Of a stretch of 64,000 nucleotides of DNA, positions 47,176 through 59,269 are shown one piece after another. The translations under genes were made by a program, and so were the position numbers. The stretch's first letter is position 1. Every line of letters starts with the position of its first letter. Origin of the DNA: Dimorphilus gyrociliatus (Eukaryota; Animalia; Annelida); NCBI GenBank assembly GCA_904063045.1, contig CAJFCJ010000004.1:308195-372194 (forward strand), read 5' to 3'. The notes below the pieces were generated by a model. It was not told the origin of the DNA. It was given only the letters and a program-made list of their open reading frames with translations, and ran no database searches.

Positions 47176-48849
47176 TTAACAGGCTGCAGGACTATTCATT
47201 AAAACTTTATACCGACATCTTTCACTTTCACTAACTTTTAGAACAGAATCTTTTAAGCCACACTCCCATTTTATCTAAAAAGTAGGCAAGTTGATATAAA
47301 AGAGCTAATTTTTAATTTGTAATTAACGTTATACCACTGTTGATCTTTCCAAATCAGGACAATTTTTCCCTTCCCCACCGGTCATAATAATACTAAAATC
47401 ATAAGGAGTTCTTGAAAGCCATTTGAATTGTGAACCTGCTGATACGCTATGAGAATTACTATTCGTTTGCTTAATTTCTCTGTATAAACGTAGAAAAGAA
47501 GAAATGTGCATTAAGTATAATTTCCTGTAATAAAATTATATTGCATAACACTCACTTGAACGGACAAATTGAATATTCATATTCATTTGACTTGAATGTA
47601 AAGCATTTTTTACTTAGTGGATAGAAAACATTTTGTGGCCCGTAGTCCTATGTTTTGTAAATGTATACATTAATAAAACATACATTCAGTTGTCAACAGA
47701 TAATTTACGAACCTCTCCTGAAGGCGCATCTTTTCCCTGTTTGACATATTTCATCCTAGTAGATGCAGCAAGAATTCGTATCTCTTCTTCTTGTTGCTTT
47801 TGATTTCGTAACTCTGTGCAAAGATCTACACAGGGCGTATGATAGACTTGTAATTTATTATAAACATCTGCAATGGAAATAGCCTATTTATATATAAGTA
47901 AAACCTTTTTATAAAAAAATAGACCATTCTTAGGATTTTTGATATCATTAAATCTCTGCCATTCATCAGACCCATCACAACAATCACAAATAGAATCGCC
48001 AACGGAGCCAGAGGGTACCCATTTCGCGGAACGTTTAGACATACTTAATTGAAAAGTGCAGTAGAACCTAAAATACCAGAACTATGTTAGATATGCCAAC
48101 TATCGGATAAGGTCATGAGAAGATACTGAGAAATCTTATTTCTCTAAATAAAATACTTATTTTCTATTCGAATTGAAATATTAGATTTTTATTGCCCTGA
48201 TTTTTACCTTGAATTAGGACAAGCAGATGTTCCAGGCTCGTCACTTTGGTCTGGACAGTCGCAATAATCATCATTAACGTTTTTAAAAGGAATTTTAACC
48301 TGTAAATTATGAAGTTCATAAATTAGTATATATATATATATACTGTATATGTAAAAAAAAGGAAAGTACATTAGATGAAATACATTTGAACATGTTATTC
48401 TCATCAGGCCTATATTGGTGGATATCATCTTTATGGACACCAACAACTTTAAACATTTCTCTATTTGCTTTTTCATTACGCTCTGCAGGTATATTATTAG
48501 ATTGTGGTTTATTAGTAATTGCAAAGTCATTTTTTAACATATTCTGTAATTTTTCTTGCTCTTTTCTGATAGTATCCATTTTTGACTTTAATCTCTCCTT
48601 CCAACGATTAAGGTCACTTTGATCTTCAATATTGATTTTTGGTTCTGAACAATTATTAGAGGAGCACGGTTGTTTTTCTAACAAATCTTTCCTTTTATAT
48701 AAGATATTATTTGCAGGTGAAGTTTGCATCAATTCCATCGACAACAATTGAAACGTAAGATAAACTGAGCCGGCAATAAGAGTGAATACGATAAGATTCT
48801 TCAAGCGCCTTCCCCTAAAAACTCTTGCACGTAGATGTAAAGATAGCAT
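47176..48849 (-). CDS. Type-II membrane protein with glucosidase II beta (PRKCSH)-like LDLa region and C-terminal MRH domain
   Basis: N-terminal basic tail plus TM (NLIVFTLIAGSVYLTFQLL); NDDYCDCPDQSDEPGTSAC; GDSICDCCDGSDE; MRH YGPQ..FYPL..KCF...YEYSICPF...CPDLERST...CRY....SPAAC*. TAA at 47176-47178; no HDEL/KDEL. Confidence 0.82.
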
Positions 48850-49154
48850 ATTTTATTAAAAGCTCATATAAAATGAAAATCAAGTAAAATGCTTCATTAT
48901 CGTTCAGCGCAATAATTTTTCAACATAGTAGATGGCGCTTTCGTGAAACCTAACCCCAACTTTATTTTGAATAAGAAAGTCAACTATTTTTCAATATCAA
49001 CTTTATATTTGCATGTACTATAATAATAACCATATATATACTTAAGCGTTAAGCAAGGTCAAAAATCCATTTTACGCATACTAAGCTGCTACCTAGTGTA
49101 TCAAGTTGAAAAAAAAGAAAGACATAAGCAGGAAATATTACAATGAAGGTACAA

Positions 49155-51188
49155 TCAATTCTTTCCGATAGCCACCATTATAATTATACCAATACTTATA
49201 CAAGCAGGATGCAAAGCAGCATATAAAGTTTGTCTCGTTTTTCTTCTCTGTAAATTAATACGTAATATTTGTATTTTATTTCGAAATTCTAATTTATTCA
49301 CTTACATTATCCGATTTTGATTTGGGAGTATCTTCATTATCGGAGTTTGAATCTTGATCATCGTCTTTTCCAGAATATTTCTCTTTCTCTTCTCCTTTGA
49401 GTTGTTTTTCCTCATCTTTTTCGCTGCCTAACTTTTTCATTCCAGTTTCTTCATCTGAATTACAAGCGTAATATTTTAGGTAACAGATGTAAATATGTAA
49501 GCAATTATCAAACCATCTTTGCCATCGTCATCCTCCTCTTCACAACCCAAGAGTTCCAAAATGATTCCAAATAAAATAAGTAGGATAAGGAGGGAGAGGA
49601 TCCACCACAGCATAGTTCTCCTTACATTAGCTGCCGGCATCCGAGTACCAATCATGACATTCACAACTATAAATAGGAATATGGAAGGAAATATATCAGA
49701 ACATCGTTAATATCTTTGTGAAATAGAAAAGTATGAATATTTACATCCAAGAATTCCCGCAGACATGCCCCCAAGTCGGTGAAGCCAATTGAATATCGGT
49801 CTTAGTGAACTACTTTCGTCTGGTTTAATTATTCCCATAATCGGCTGTTTAGAAGAATAAAGAAGTGATAATGGAAATAAGTGTCAATAATAATAGTTAC
49901 ATTCAAAACAGCTAGGGCGATGGTTACTACTCCAAGAATTGGATGCAATTTCATCGGCATAGTATCATACTAAAATTATTAAAATTATTAAACATGTTAC
50001 ATCATATTGTGCTAGATAAATTACTGTAATAAATCCTCCAGCATGAACAAAAATGAGAACAGCGCCAATAATTGTTAAAATAGCTGCAGATCCCATACAA
50101 AACCAATGAATCTGGAAAAAAAAATGTTTTTTTATAGACAAGGTGGCAAGTTTAAGGCATTACACTTACGAAAAACCAAGTTTCACCGGGTGTCTTTTCA
50201 CTTCGAAAGAAAGTTCTATAATATCTAGCTGTAATTGCTCCAATTGGAACTAAGATCATCCATGCCATAACCATAAGGATACCGTGAGCTTTTACCATTC
50301 CACTAGCTCTCACCTTTGAACCAATAACATTGACTAGTTTCGTAAATGGAATTTGGGATTTTAGTATTCCAACTTTTCTATGTTTTTCAATTGTATCCTT
50401 TTTAACACTTCCTTGGGCAACCAATAAGTAATATTTTTTCTTTTTAGTTAAATCATAAATTTTAGAATTATTATAAACTTGGTTGCGGCTAAAGGTGCAA
50501 GATAATTCATCGGATTCGGCTTTTCCAGTTATGTTTGTGATTCCGGAGAGTTCTAATTTTTCAATTTTTCCAACGTCAATATTACGGTACAATTGAACTT
50601 CGACAAGGCCATTTTCAGACTTTTGACAAGCAATTACCGAATCCTGTCCCTGTAAAGTAACAAATTATAAGCAGATGTAATTGAGATTTTCGAATAGGCC
50701 AGCTGGTCATTAAGTAGTTTTCCTAATCAATTTAAAAAACAAGAGGGCGTATGCATTAAAAATTATGTACGGAAAACATCATATATACATATATATATGT
50801 ACATTCTAATATGGTGTCGTTTTCTTCTTTGTCTTTAAGTAAGGATTTTATACATCGATTAAATAAACTAAGCGCTAAAGCAATGCGGCAAACCGTACCA
50901 TTTTCTTATCTGTCGAAAATCCAATGGCTACATAGTCATCCTTTTTCGTATACATTTCAAACTGAATCTGATCGCCGCTTGTTTTCCAAGATATGGCGAC
51001 TTCACAATTATCTTTGCAATCGGATGGATCTCGATAACATGATATTTTTCTTCCGCAGTCATCATAGTTGATACTTGAAGCCTATGTAAAGATTTATTTA
51101 TTCAAATATATAGAGCGATCTTAAAGGTCAATAGTTTTCTTACCGATCCGATGAAGATTGTCAAAAAGAGGCAAGATATGAGCATCAT
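49155..51188 (-). CDS. DOMON + cytochrome b561 ferric-chelate reductase (FRRS1-like, no reeler domain)
   Basis: Signal peptide exon (ATG 51188); DOMON YVAIGFSTDKKM|GQDSVIAC; four heme His motifs AHG, IHW, LHP and LHR; last TM exon ends TGA at 49155-49157. Confidence 0.85.
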
Positions 51189-51637
51189 AATTCTTTTTAA
51201 AGTATCAAAAAGGTATAATTATGCTCAGCGTATATTTTTCTCTTCTTATAAGATGGATAAATTTACAATTGAATTTTGCTCTTTGTGCATAAAATAACCG
51301 TTTTACCAGAAGAGCTACTACAGGGGCATTATTCAGCGGTCTGCTACATAAAAATAACGCATAGATTGCGATTATAGTGACATCTGGAGCCCGAATTACC
51401 AATGTTTCTCAACCCATAATTCATTTGGTTTTTGCGTTTGTTTCTTTAATTAAAAGGCAATTTACTACAAGTTCGGTTGTGTTTTTTTTGTATATTAAAT
51501 ACGAACATAATGCAGCTGATAGCTTTATTAATAGTTTGTAAATTATTAAGAGCTCAACAGCACACTGTACATTTAGAATTTCAGCTATTTCCTTCGTCAA
51601 AGACAAAAAATTATCAGTGTTCTAGTGTTGACTCTAT

Positions 51638-52227
51638 TTATTTTGCGGCCCATTCTCTTTTTTCTTGAAATTCCCTTTCAACTTCTTCAACGAACGGAGT
51701 TAGATACTTGACGTCTGTTTCAAAGGTGGTCCATTCTGCCTTAGGAAGAGTTTCTTTTTTCAGGGACAAATGAAGCGCTCTAGTTATCCTAAACATTCTC
51801 TCATCATACAAATTGTCGGGAAGTCGGCGAATTGCTTCCGTAACAACTTCAGTTTCCCTCAAGGTATCATCGGTCAACAAACCTATGAGTGTTTTTAGTT
51901 ATGAAATTAATTTATAGTTCTCCATAAAAATGGCTAATTTCTTACCAAGCTGAGGGTAGTAGGCTCGGTTGAAGAGAAATTTACTTAATGTTTGCCGAAG
52001 TCCAGAAGCTGTAGGAAGTAATTATGAACGCTTTTTGGCAATGTCACATTTAAAAAAACTTAGCCTATACTGTTTTTGTAATTTTCTGACAACGTTGGCA
52101 GAAAAAATTAAAGAAAAGACAAGATATCGCTAGTTTTATATGATCCAAATAATTTTTATATATAATCTACTTAGTGATCGTAGTAATAACATCTAAACTT
52201 ACAGGCAACTTGTCTTGCTGCAGCCAT
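51638..52227 (-). CDS. UQCRB: Cytochrome b-c1 complex subunit 7 (QCR7)
   Basis: MAAARQVAS|SGLRQ...YYPQLG|LLTDDTL...EAIRRLP..LYDERMFRITRALHLSLK...LPKAEWT...YLTPF. Confidence 0.95.
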
Positions 52228-52369
52228 CTTAACGATATATAACCTTGACAGTGGGTTATTTTTGTCAGGTAAGCTTTCCAATTCTAAAACGGTAGCCATA
52301 CTTTCGGCGCGGATACATTAACCATATTATGTTGTAAGTCAGCGCTAAAGTTCAATAATTCGGCTAAAT
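52228..52369. promoter_or_regulatory. 142-bp divergent (bidirectional) promoter region between UQCRB and the AtuA-like gene
   Basis: Head-to-head ATGs at 52227(-) and 52370(+). Confidence 0.6.
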
Positions 52370-55300
52370 ATGTTAACCTTAGCTCATCAAGTTTTAAGAA
52401 CAAAAAGTCAGAAATGCATTCCTATTATTTGTGGTTATAAGCACTATTCGTCAAATGGACGATTCAATAAAGAATTGGGAGGTGACACAGTTCGAATCGG
52501 CTGTGCCAGCGGATTCTGGGGTGATACAGCCACATCAGGTTCAAAACTGGATAAACATAACTATGTCATGACTGAACTAATTAGCTACTTTTTTATTAGC
52601 TCGGCAATTGGTACAAAAGGGACAAATCAATTATTTAGTTTTTGATTATCTATCGGAAATTACAATGTCACTTTTAACAGCGGCAAAAAAAAAGGACAGT
52701 GTGAGTTAATTTGAACAATAGAGAAACCTTTTTTATTAGTAGTATGTAAAAAAGGAAATGTTTTTGAGTAGTTATGATCTTATATTCTTGGCACACTTCA
52801 ATCAAAATCAGCTTCCGTGCAGAAACAATTAGAACACAAGCCCGGTGCGAGAAAGTTATAAGTCTTGTAAAACATCTTCTAAAGGATCATCCAGAGTAGG
52901 TGTTGATACTGATGGAGGTCCAGAATCTGGTTTGGCGGGATGTCTTTTTATAAACATATCCCAACTTATCACTGTTTCAGGATGTCTCTTTAAGAAACAT
53001 ATAGCGTCTTGTACAAACTGTGCAGGATCTTCTGGTGTATAATGTAAAATTCCTGAAGTTATCGCTTCTAACAAAGGAATTATTTCTTTTTCTGACATAT
53101 AGTTTTTACATTGTTCCTTTATAGCCTCCATGGTGTAATTTTTCGATCGTCTGCTTTTATTTCCCCGTTGCTAAGTTACTCTGGCGGGAATTACAGTCAT
53201 TCAAAATACGCTATGGCTATTATCGAACTTCATAGCCCTAATGATATGACTGATTTTTAATTATATTATTATATTTCAGAAATTTGGCTATGCCCCCGAT
53301 TTTGTACATTTTGCAGTTGGCCCATTACTTAAAGATATTAAGAATTCTGGTAAGATATTAATTATCAAAACATTTTTAAAAAAAAAAAAAAAATAACAAA
53401 AGCTAGTAAATACTAATGAAATGATCTTTTTTTCTTATATAAAAGGTATAAAAGTCATAAGCAATGCCGGTGGGGTAAATCCTCATTCATGTGCGAATGC
53501 TTTGGAAGAGATAGCAAAGAAAAATGGAATAAATTTAAATGTTGCTGTAATAACTGGTGATGATTTAATGTCCAAGGTAGAAAATCATTATTTAAATTAG
53601 TCTATTTTGTCTTGCCCTAGATATTTAACATTGTTCCTTATTAATATAGACAGATGAATTATCAAAAGAAAATATTACAGATATGAATGATAGTTTAGCA
53701 TTACCGAAAAGTCTAACCAGCATGAACGCATATTTTGGGTAAAGATTCAATATATTTACACAGTGATTAGCCTTTAATGAAATCGAATTTAAATACTTTC
53801 TTTAGAGCATTTCCGATTGCCAGAGCTCTTGACAAAGGTGCTGATGTAGTTATCACTGGAAGATGCGTCGATAGCGCTCTTGCATTGGGTCCTCTAGTTC
53901 ACGAGGTAGTTTTTCTTTTGAAAATTATACATAACTTGTAAATAAAATGTATATTTTCTTTATTTTATCAGTATAAATGGAATCCAGCCGATTTAGATAA
54001 ATTGGCAATGGGTAGTTTGGCTGGACATCTTATCGAATGCGGTGCTCAATCCACAGGAGGAATATTTACCGATTGGCAACAAGTTGAAGATTGGTGATAT
54101 ATCTTAAAATCTTCTTTACGATAACAACTAATTCCAGTTATTAACATTAGGCATAACATTGGATTTCCAATTGTCGAATGTTCACAAGATGGACCTTTTG
54201 TTCTCTTAAAACCAGATAAAACTGGAGGATTAGTTAGTCGTGGTACAGCATCTGAACAATTGGTATATGAAATTGGAGATCCCCAGAACTATATACTTCC
54301 TGATGTAGTATGTGATTTTAGTCAAGTTAAAATTCAAGAAATTAAAGGATCGGAGAATGAAGCCGTACTCGTCCAAGGAGCTATCGGTAAACGGGCACCT
54401 GATTCTTATAAAGTAAGTTAGGACGTAAAATTTATTTAGTTGGCGATTAAATCTAATCTAATCTTGTAGGTTTGTGCTACCTATATGGATGGTTATAAGG
54501 CTACCGCTGTTTGTTGTCTAGGTGGAAAAAATTCAGCTGAAAAAGGTAGAAAAACGGCAAATGCAATTTTAAACAGGTCAATTATTTATCAATATTCTTG
54601 TAATCGTGTTTTATGTTTTGAAATCTAAACAAATGTTTACTTTATATAGAGTTCGTAATATATTTAAGAGCTTAAAATTGGAAGACTTTAGGAGAACACA
54701 TGTTCAAATTCTAGGAAATGAAGATACTTACGGCGAACACGCTAATTCGTCTTTGGTATAATTTAGATTAATAAAATAGGTTATTGGTTTAAACTTGAAA
54801 AAGATAAAATACTTTTAGAACTTACGAGAAGGAGTTGTCTGGATGAGTGTTCACCACAATCAAAAGATGGCGCTGGAGATATTCTCTCGAGAGATAGCTG
54901 CAGCTGGAACTGGAATGGGTAATTATTTTTGACACAAGGACTACTCTATTACCGAATTGTACTAATTCCTATACAAAACTTTTAGCTCCTGGGCTAACAG
55001 CAATCGTAGGAGGAAGGCCTAAAGTGTAAAATAGTCTATTCAGTATTGTTTAATTTTTTCCAACACTGATGATTTGCAGATCACCACTTCTCAGATTATT
55101 TTCCTTTCTCTATCCCAAGGACAAATTTAATGTAAACCTATGATAATCTTTTTTATGAACTATGCGCTAAAGTTTAACTGATTAGGTATCAGTCGGCTGT
55201 AATTCATCTACTGAGGCGTTCGAAAATCCTCAACCTGTTGGTGAAACTTTTAAACAAGAACGACCATCTACAGAAATTAAAAATGAAAAGGTCTCTTTGA

Positions 55301-56023
55301 CAACCGGCAATTCTTCTTACAGTCTTGATGAATTAGCTTTCGCCAGAAGCGGGGACAAGGGAAACCATTGTAACATAGGTTTATATAAACTGATTTCTTT
55401 GAAATCACTTGTGAGACTATCATAAGAATGTTGATCTGTCTTGCAGGTATTGTGGCAAGAAAAGACGAATATTACGAGTATTTGAAGGACCAACTAACTG
55501 AAGAGGCCATTGGTAAATACTTCAGTCATGTCTTTGAAGACAGAAATTGGGAGGGTAAAGTCGTAAGGTACGAAGTAAAAACAACGCACAAAATGCTTCA
55601 TTTCAATGCAAAATTGAAGAGTTGCAGAGGAAATTTTATTATACCCTAAACCATAACACTAGTTCTACACTACAAGGGGCGTAGCAGTTGATTTGCAGCC
55701 TATGTATAATCTAACAATCAACTGATATACACCTACCTAACTTTTTTTGAAAATACCAATTACAACTCTTTAAATGTCTTTTTTTAGGTATGAACTACCT
55801 GGAATAAAAGCATTGAATTTTCTTTTGAAGAATAGCTTAGGTGGCGGTGGTATAGCCTCTTTAAGAAGCGATCCTCAGGTAGGCCAATATAATAATTTAC
55901 AGTTCTTTACAACCAGGTTCATTGAAGATTATATTTAATATCTTTCCTTACGGATAAAAGGGTAAAGCCTTCGCTCAAATGCTACTGGATTATCGATTGA
56001 CCAATATGCCAAATATTAAATGA
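52370..56023 (+). CDS. Acyclic terpene utilisation AtuA / DUF1446-family protein, probably mitochondrial
   Basis: [62 protein letters not shown] and C-terminal ARSGDKG...[23 protein letters not shown]. Many short introns; TGA at 56021-56023. Confidence 0.9.
52856..53131 (-). CDS. 91-aa RIIa/Dpy-30-type dimerisation-docking (D/D) domain protein nested in an AtuA-like intron
   Basis: [36 protein letters not shown]...ISWDMFI resembles the N-terminal D/D domain of AK5-type proteins. Strong Kozak context (accATGG) and a minus-strand AATAAA at 52732-52737. Confidence 0.75.
   Translation of the reverse strand: MEAIKEQCKNYMSEKEIIPLLEAITSGILHYTPEDPAQFVQDAICFLKRHPETVISWDMFIKRHPAKPDSGPPSVSTPTLDDPLEDVLQDL
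53167..53190. promoter_or_regulatory. X-box (RFX) plus E2F site upstream of the nested D/D gene
   Basis: GTTGCTAAGTTAC at 53167-53179 (minus strand GTAACTTAGCAAC) and GGCGGGAA at 53183-53190, 36-59 nt upstream of ATG 53131. Confidence 0.55.
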
Positions 56024-56889
56024 AATACTCTGTCTAGAAACAAATAAAAAGAGAGGTGGACAGAGAATGAGACGGATGATAAAAGTAATGAAATATTGAA
56101 TTTAGAAGAAGAATCATTAAGATTTTATAAATAATAATAAAAAAAATTATCAAAATAAGCAAATTTTTTTCTTGATTAGTCTCTTTAATTTAGTTAATTT
56201 AATAATAAAACTTGATTTTTTTTCCCTCAAAATGGCAAAATAATAATACAAATTCCCTTTCTATACAATTGAATTTCATTGTCTGAAAATTAATCCTTGT
56301 TTTCTAGCGATCTTTTAAGTTTTTTTTTCCCGATCATACCATGTATTATCTATTTCAAGTAAAATCGTACGATTTCTAGTAATAGAATACCTAAAGTTAT
56401 TTAGAAAAGGTTTTGAAGAGCATTTAATTTTGGAAGAATATTGGTTCAAAGTGTTTTCTTTTATCTTTTGAAACTTTATCTTTTTTTCTCTTAATCTACC
56501 TTGATACGATCAATGTAAACGTTATGAATTTCACTATTCAATAAACACAATATAAAGATTGCATATTACACTTTTCTATGTAGTAATTATAAACGAATGG
56601 TACGTCTTCTTAAGAATTATATTCCTTAAATCGCTTACAATAGATGTTTTACATGCGATAAGAATTCTTATATTAATAGTCTGATAAAAGTTTTAATTAA
56701 TATTGACTACGCATTTCAGAATTATGCAGTTTTTGTATCACAATGAAAACAATTATAAGACAATTTAGTTTAAAGAATTAATATAGAGCTATAGACATCA
56801 AATTCTTTTTTTATAAAAAAAAAAAAAGAGGCAAGCGCCACCTATACCTAATCATTTTAGTTTCCGCATTTAGTATTTGATAAGGAGAC

Positions 56890-59061
56890 ATGAAAGTCGC
56901 AAAATTACCGACGATATTAGTTATCGTTCAAGTTTTGTTCATCGTCTTTTTCGCAATATTTGCAGATTATGCACCGAGTGCTAATGCCAAATATCCAGAA
57001 AATTCAAAAGATGCTGATAAAGGAGGAGCTGATCCTAGCAAGAATAAATTGCATAGCCTTTACGATAGTAAGTATTGTAAATGGAAATATATAGTATAAT
57101 CTAATTGAATTTCTTTACGAAAAATAGTGTTCCAGCACGTTCACGTAATGATTTTTATCGGTTTCGGTTTTTTAATGACTTTCTTAAGAAGATATGGTTT
57201 TAGTTCGGTTGGTTTTAATATGCTAATTGCAGCATTTGTAATACAATGGCACATGATAACTCACGGTAAATTCTTAAAGTTAATCAAATAGTTTAGCGTA
57301 ATTGAATATGAAAAGAATAGATAAATAGTATAAGAATAGTTTACGATGAAGTATACAGTCTACAATCACTTTAATACTATCAACAGGTTTATTACATATG
57401 GCTACTGAACATTCGTCAAGTTTTAAAATAGACATTGAATCGTTAGTTTAAAAATTATATTTATTCAAAGCTTTTAAAAAAATAATGATTTTTTTGTTGC
57501 ATAGATTATTAACAGCTGATTTTGCTGCTGCTGCCGTACTTATTTCTTTTGGTGCTGTTTTGGGCAAAACTAGTCCTTTGCAGTTGATCGTTATGGCTTT
57601 TATTGAAATTATAGTATTCGTTTGTAATGAATATATAGGTTTATACTTTTTCAAGGTCGTACTATATATATATATATACAGTATATATATATTCGTCAGA
57701 GTATTAAGTCATTTTTGAAAATTTTTTAAAAAACCTATAGGCCTCTGATGTTGGAGGTTCAATGTTTGTTCATATATTTGGAGCATATTTTGGTATTGCT
57801 GCAGCTAGAATCTTGTATAATTCTAAAGTAGAAGACAGTAAGAAGGAGGGTTCCAATTACCATTCTGATTTATTTGCAATGATTGGTAAAAATTATACAT
57901 TCGACTATATTTTCTTTCTATTGAATTAACAATGCCAACGACCTTTCTATCTAGGTACAATTTTCCTTTGGTTATATTGGCCAAGCTTTAATAGTGCCCT
58001 AGCTCCTGGAGATGACCAACATCGTGCAGTTATAAATACGTACCTCGCACTTGGTTTGTAAAAGTTTAATCGTTTAAGCAAAGTTACCGCTTTTCCAAGA
58101 CACACACACATATATATATACAGTATATTGTATATATATACATACTACTTTTTTTCCTCTATTTATAAACAAAAGCATTCAAATCAGGATACAAAATAAC
58201 ACAATACAACGTATTGAGAGATCTTTAAGATAGATCTTTAAACAAGCAACCAAAGGAAGATATTTTAGCCTCTTTTCTTTTCTATACAGCTTCTTGCGTT
58301 ATTGTTGCGTTTGCGATTAGTTCAAATTCAAAGGAAGCTAAATTCGATATGGTTCATGTTCAAAATGCTACTCTAGCCGGTGGTGTTGCTGTTGGAACTA
58401 GTGCTAATTTTATGATAGGACCTTGGGGAGCTCTCCTTATAGGATCTGTCGCCGGTGCTATTTCCGTTGTTGGCTATAAATATATAACGGTTAGTTGAAA
58501 GTTACAATTGAAAACAAATAAAAGCGTGTTTGTGATTTGCTCTGTTTTTTTTTTCCATAGCCTTATTTGGCACGTAGGTGGAAAGCACATGACACATGTG
58601 GCGTTAACAATCTTCATGGAATGCCTGGAATATTAGCTGGTTTATTTGGAGCCATTTTTGCCTCATTTGCTTCAGTTGACAGATACGGCAATGGCCTGTA
58701 CGAAATTTTCCCTGCAAGAGCTCCAATGGAAAATTCAACAAAGCTTTTAGAAATTCAGGCTAATTTCACTATTTCTGCCGGTGATGATAGAAGCGCTGTT
58801 CAACAAGGAGGATATCAATTTTTAGCAATGGCAGTTACATTAATTGTAGCTTTAGTTGCCGGTGCAATAACAGGTTTTATTATGAAGATGTCGCCACTTG
58901 ATCCAGTTAAAGAACGACACCTTTTCGATGACGGTCACTATTGGGAAACTCCTTCTGATTTTGATGAAGCAGTACAATTCTGCAATGGAACTGACAACTG
59001 TGAAACAGTGAATTTAAAATCATTTGATGATGAAAAGAATGCGGAGGACCCTGATAATTAG
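56890..59061 (+). CDS. Rhesus-family (Rh50) ammonia/CO2 channel
   Basis: [20 protein letters not shown]; [21 protein letters not shown]; [17 protein letters not shown]; [12 protein letters not shown]; [13 protein letters not shown]; NNLHGMPG. The twin-His and Phe gate residues are present. Confidence 0.96.
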
Positions 59062-59269
59062 AGCGTTGTATTCAGGAAGGAAGAAGATAGGCCTATCTTT
59101 ATTAGAAAAGTCTTGCATGTAGTTTATAATATTATCTTTAACGTTCTGTTTTTTTATAAGTAGAATTTTTACAGAATCTTGAAACAATAAAGAGAACATT
59201 TATTTAGTTAGTTTTAAATCAATTTTTAGTTTATGCTTTGATATAGAAAATTATTTTTGCTATTCAATT

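Noticed and set aside
43977-52227. Five consecutive minus-strand genes 300-450 nt apart (possible operon with SL trans-splicing)
   Set aside because: Spacing matches the rest of the window and several gaps hold their own promoter-like motifs. Only SL-containing reads could support an operon.
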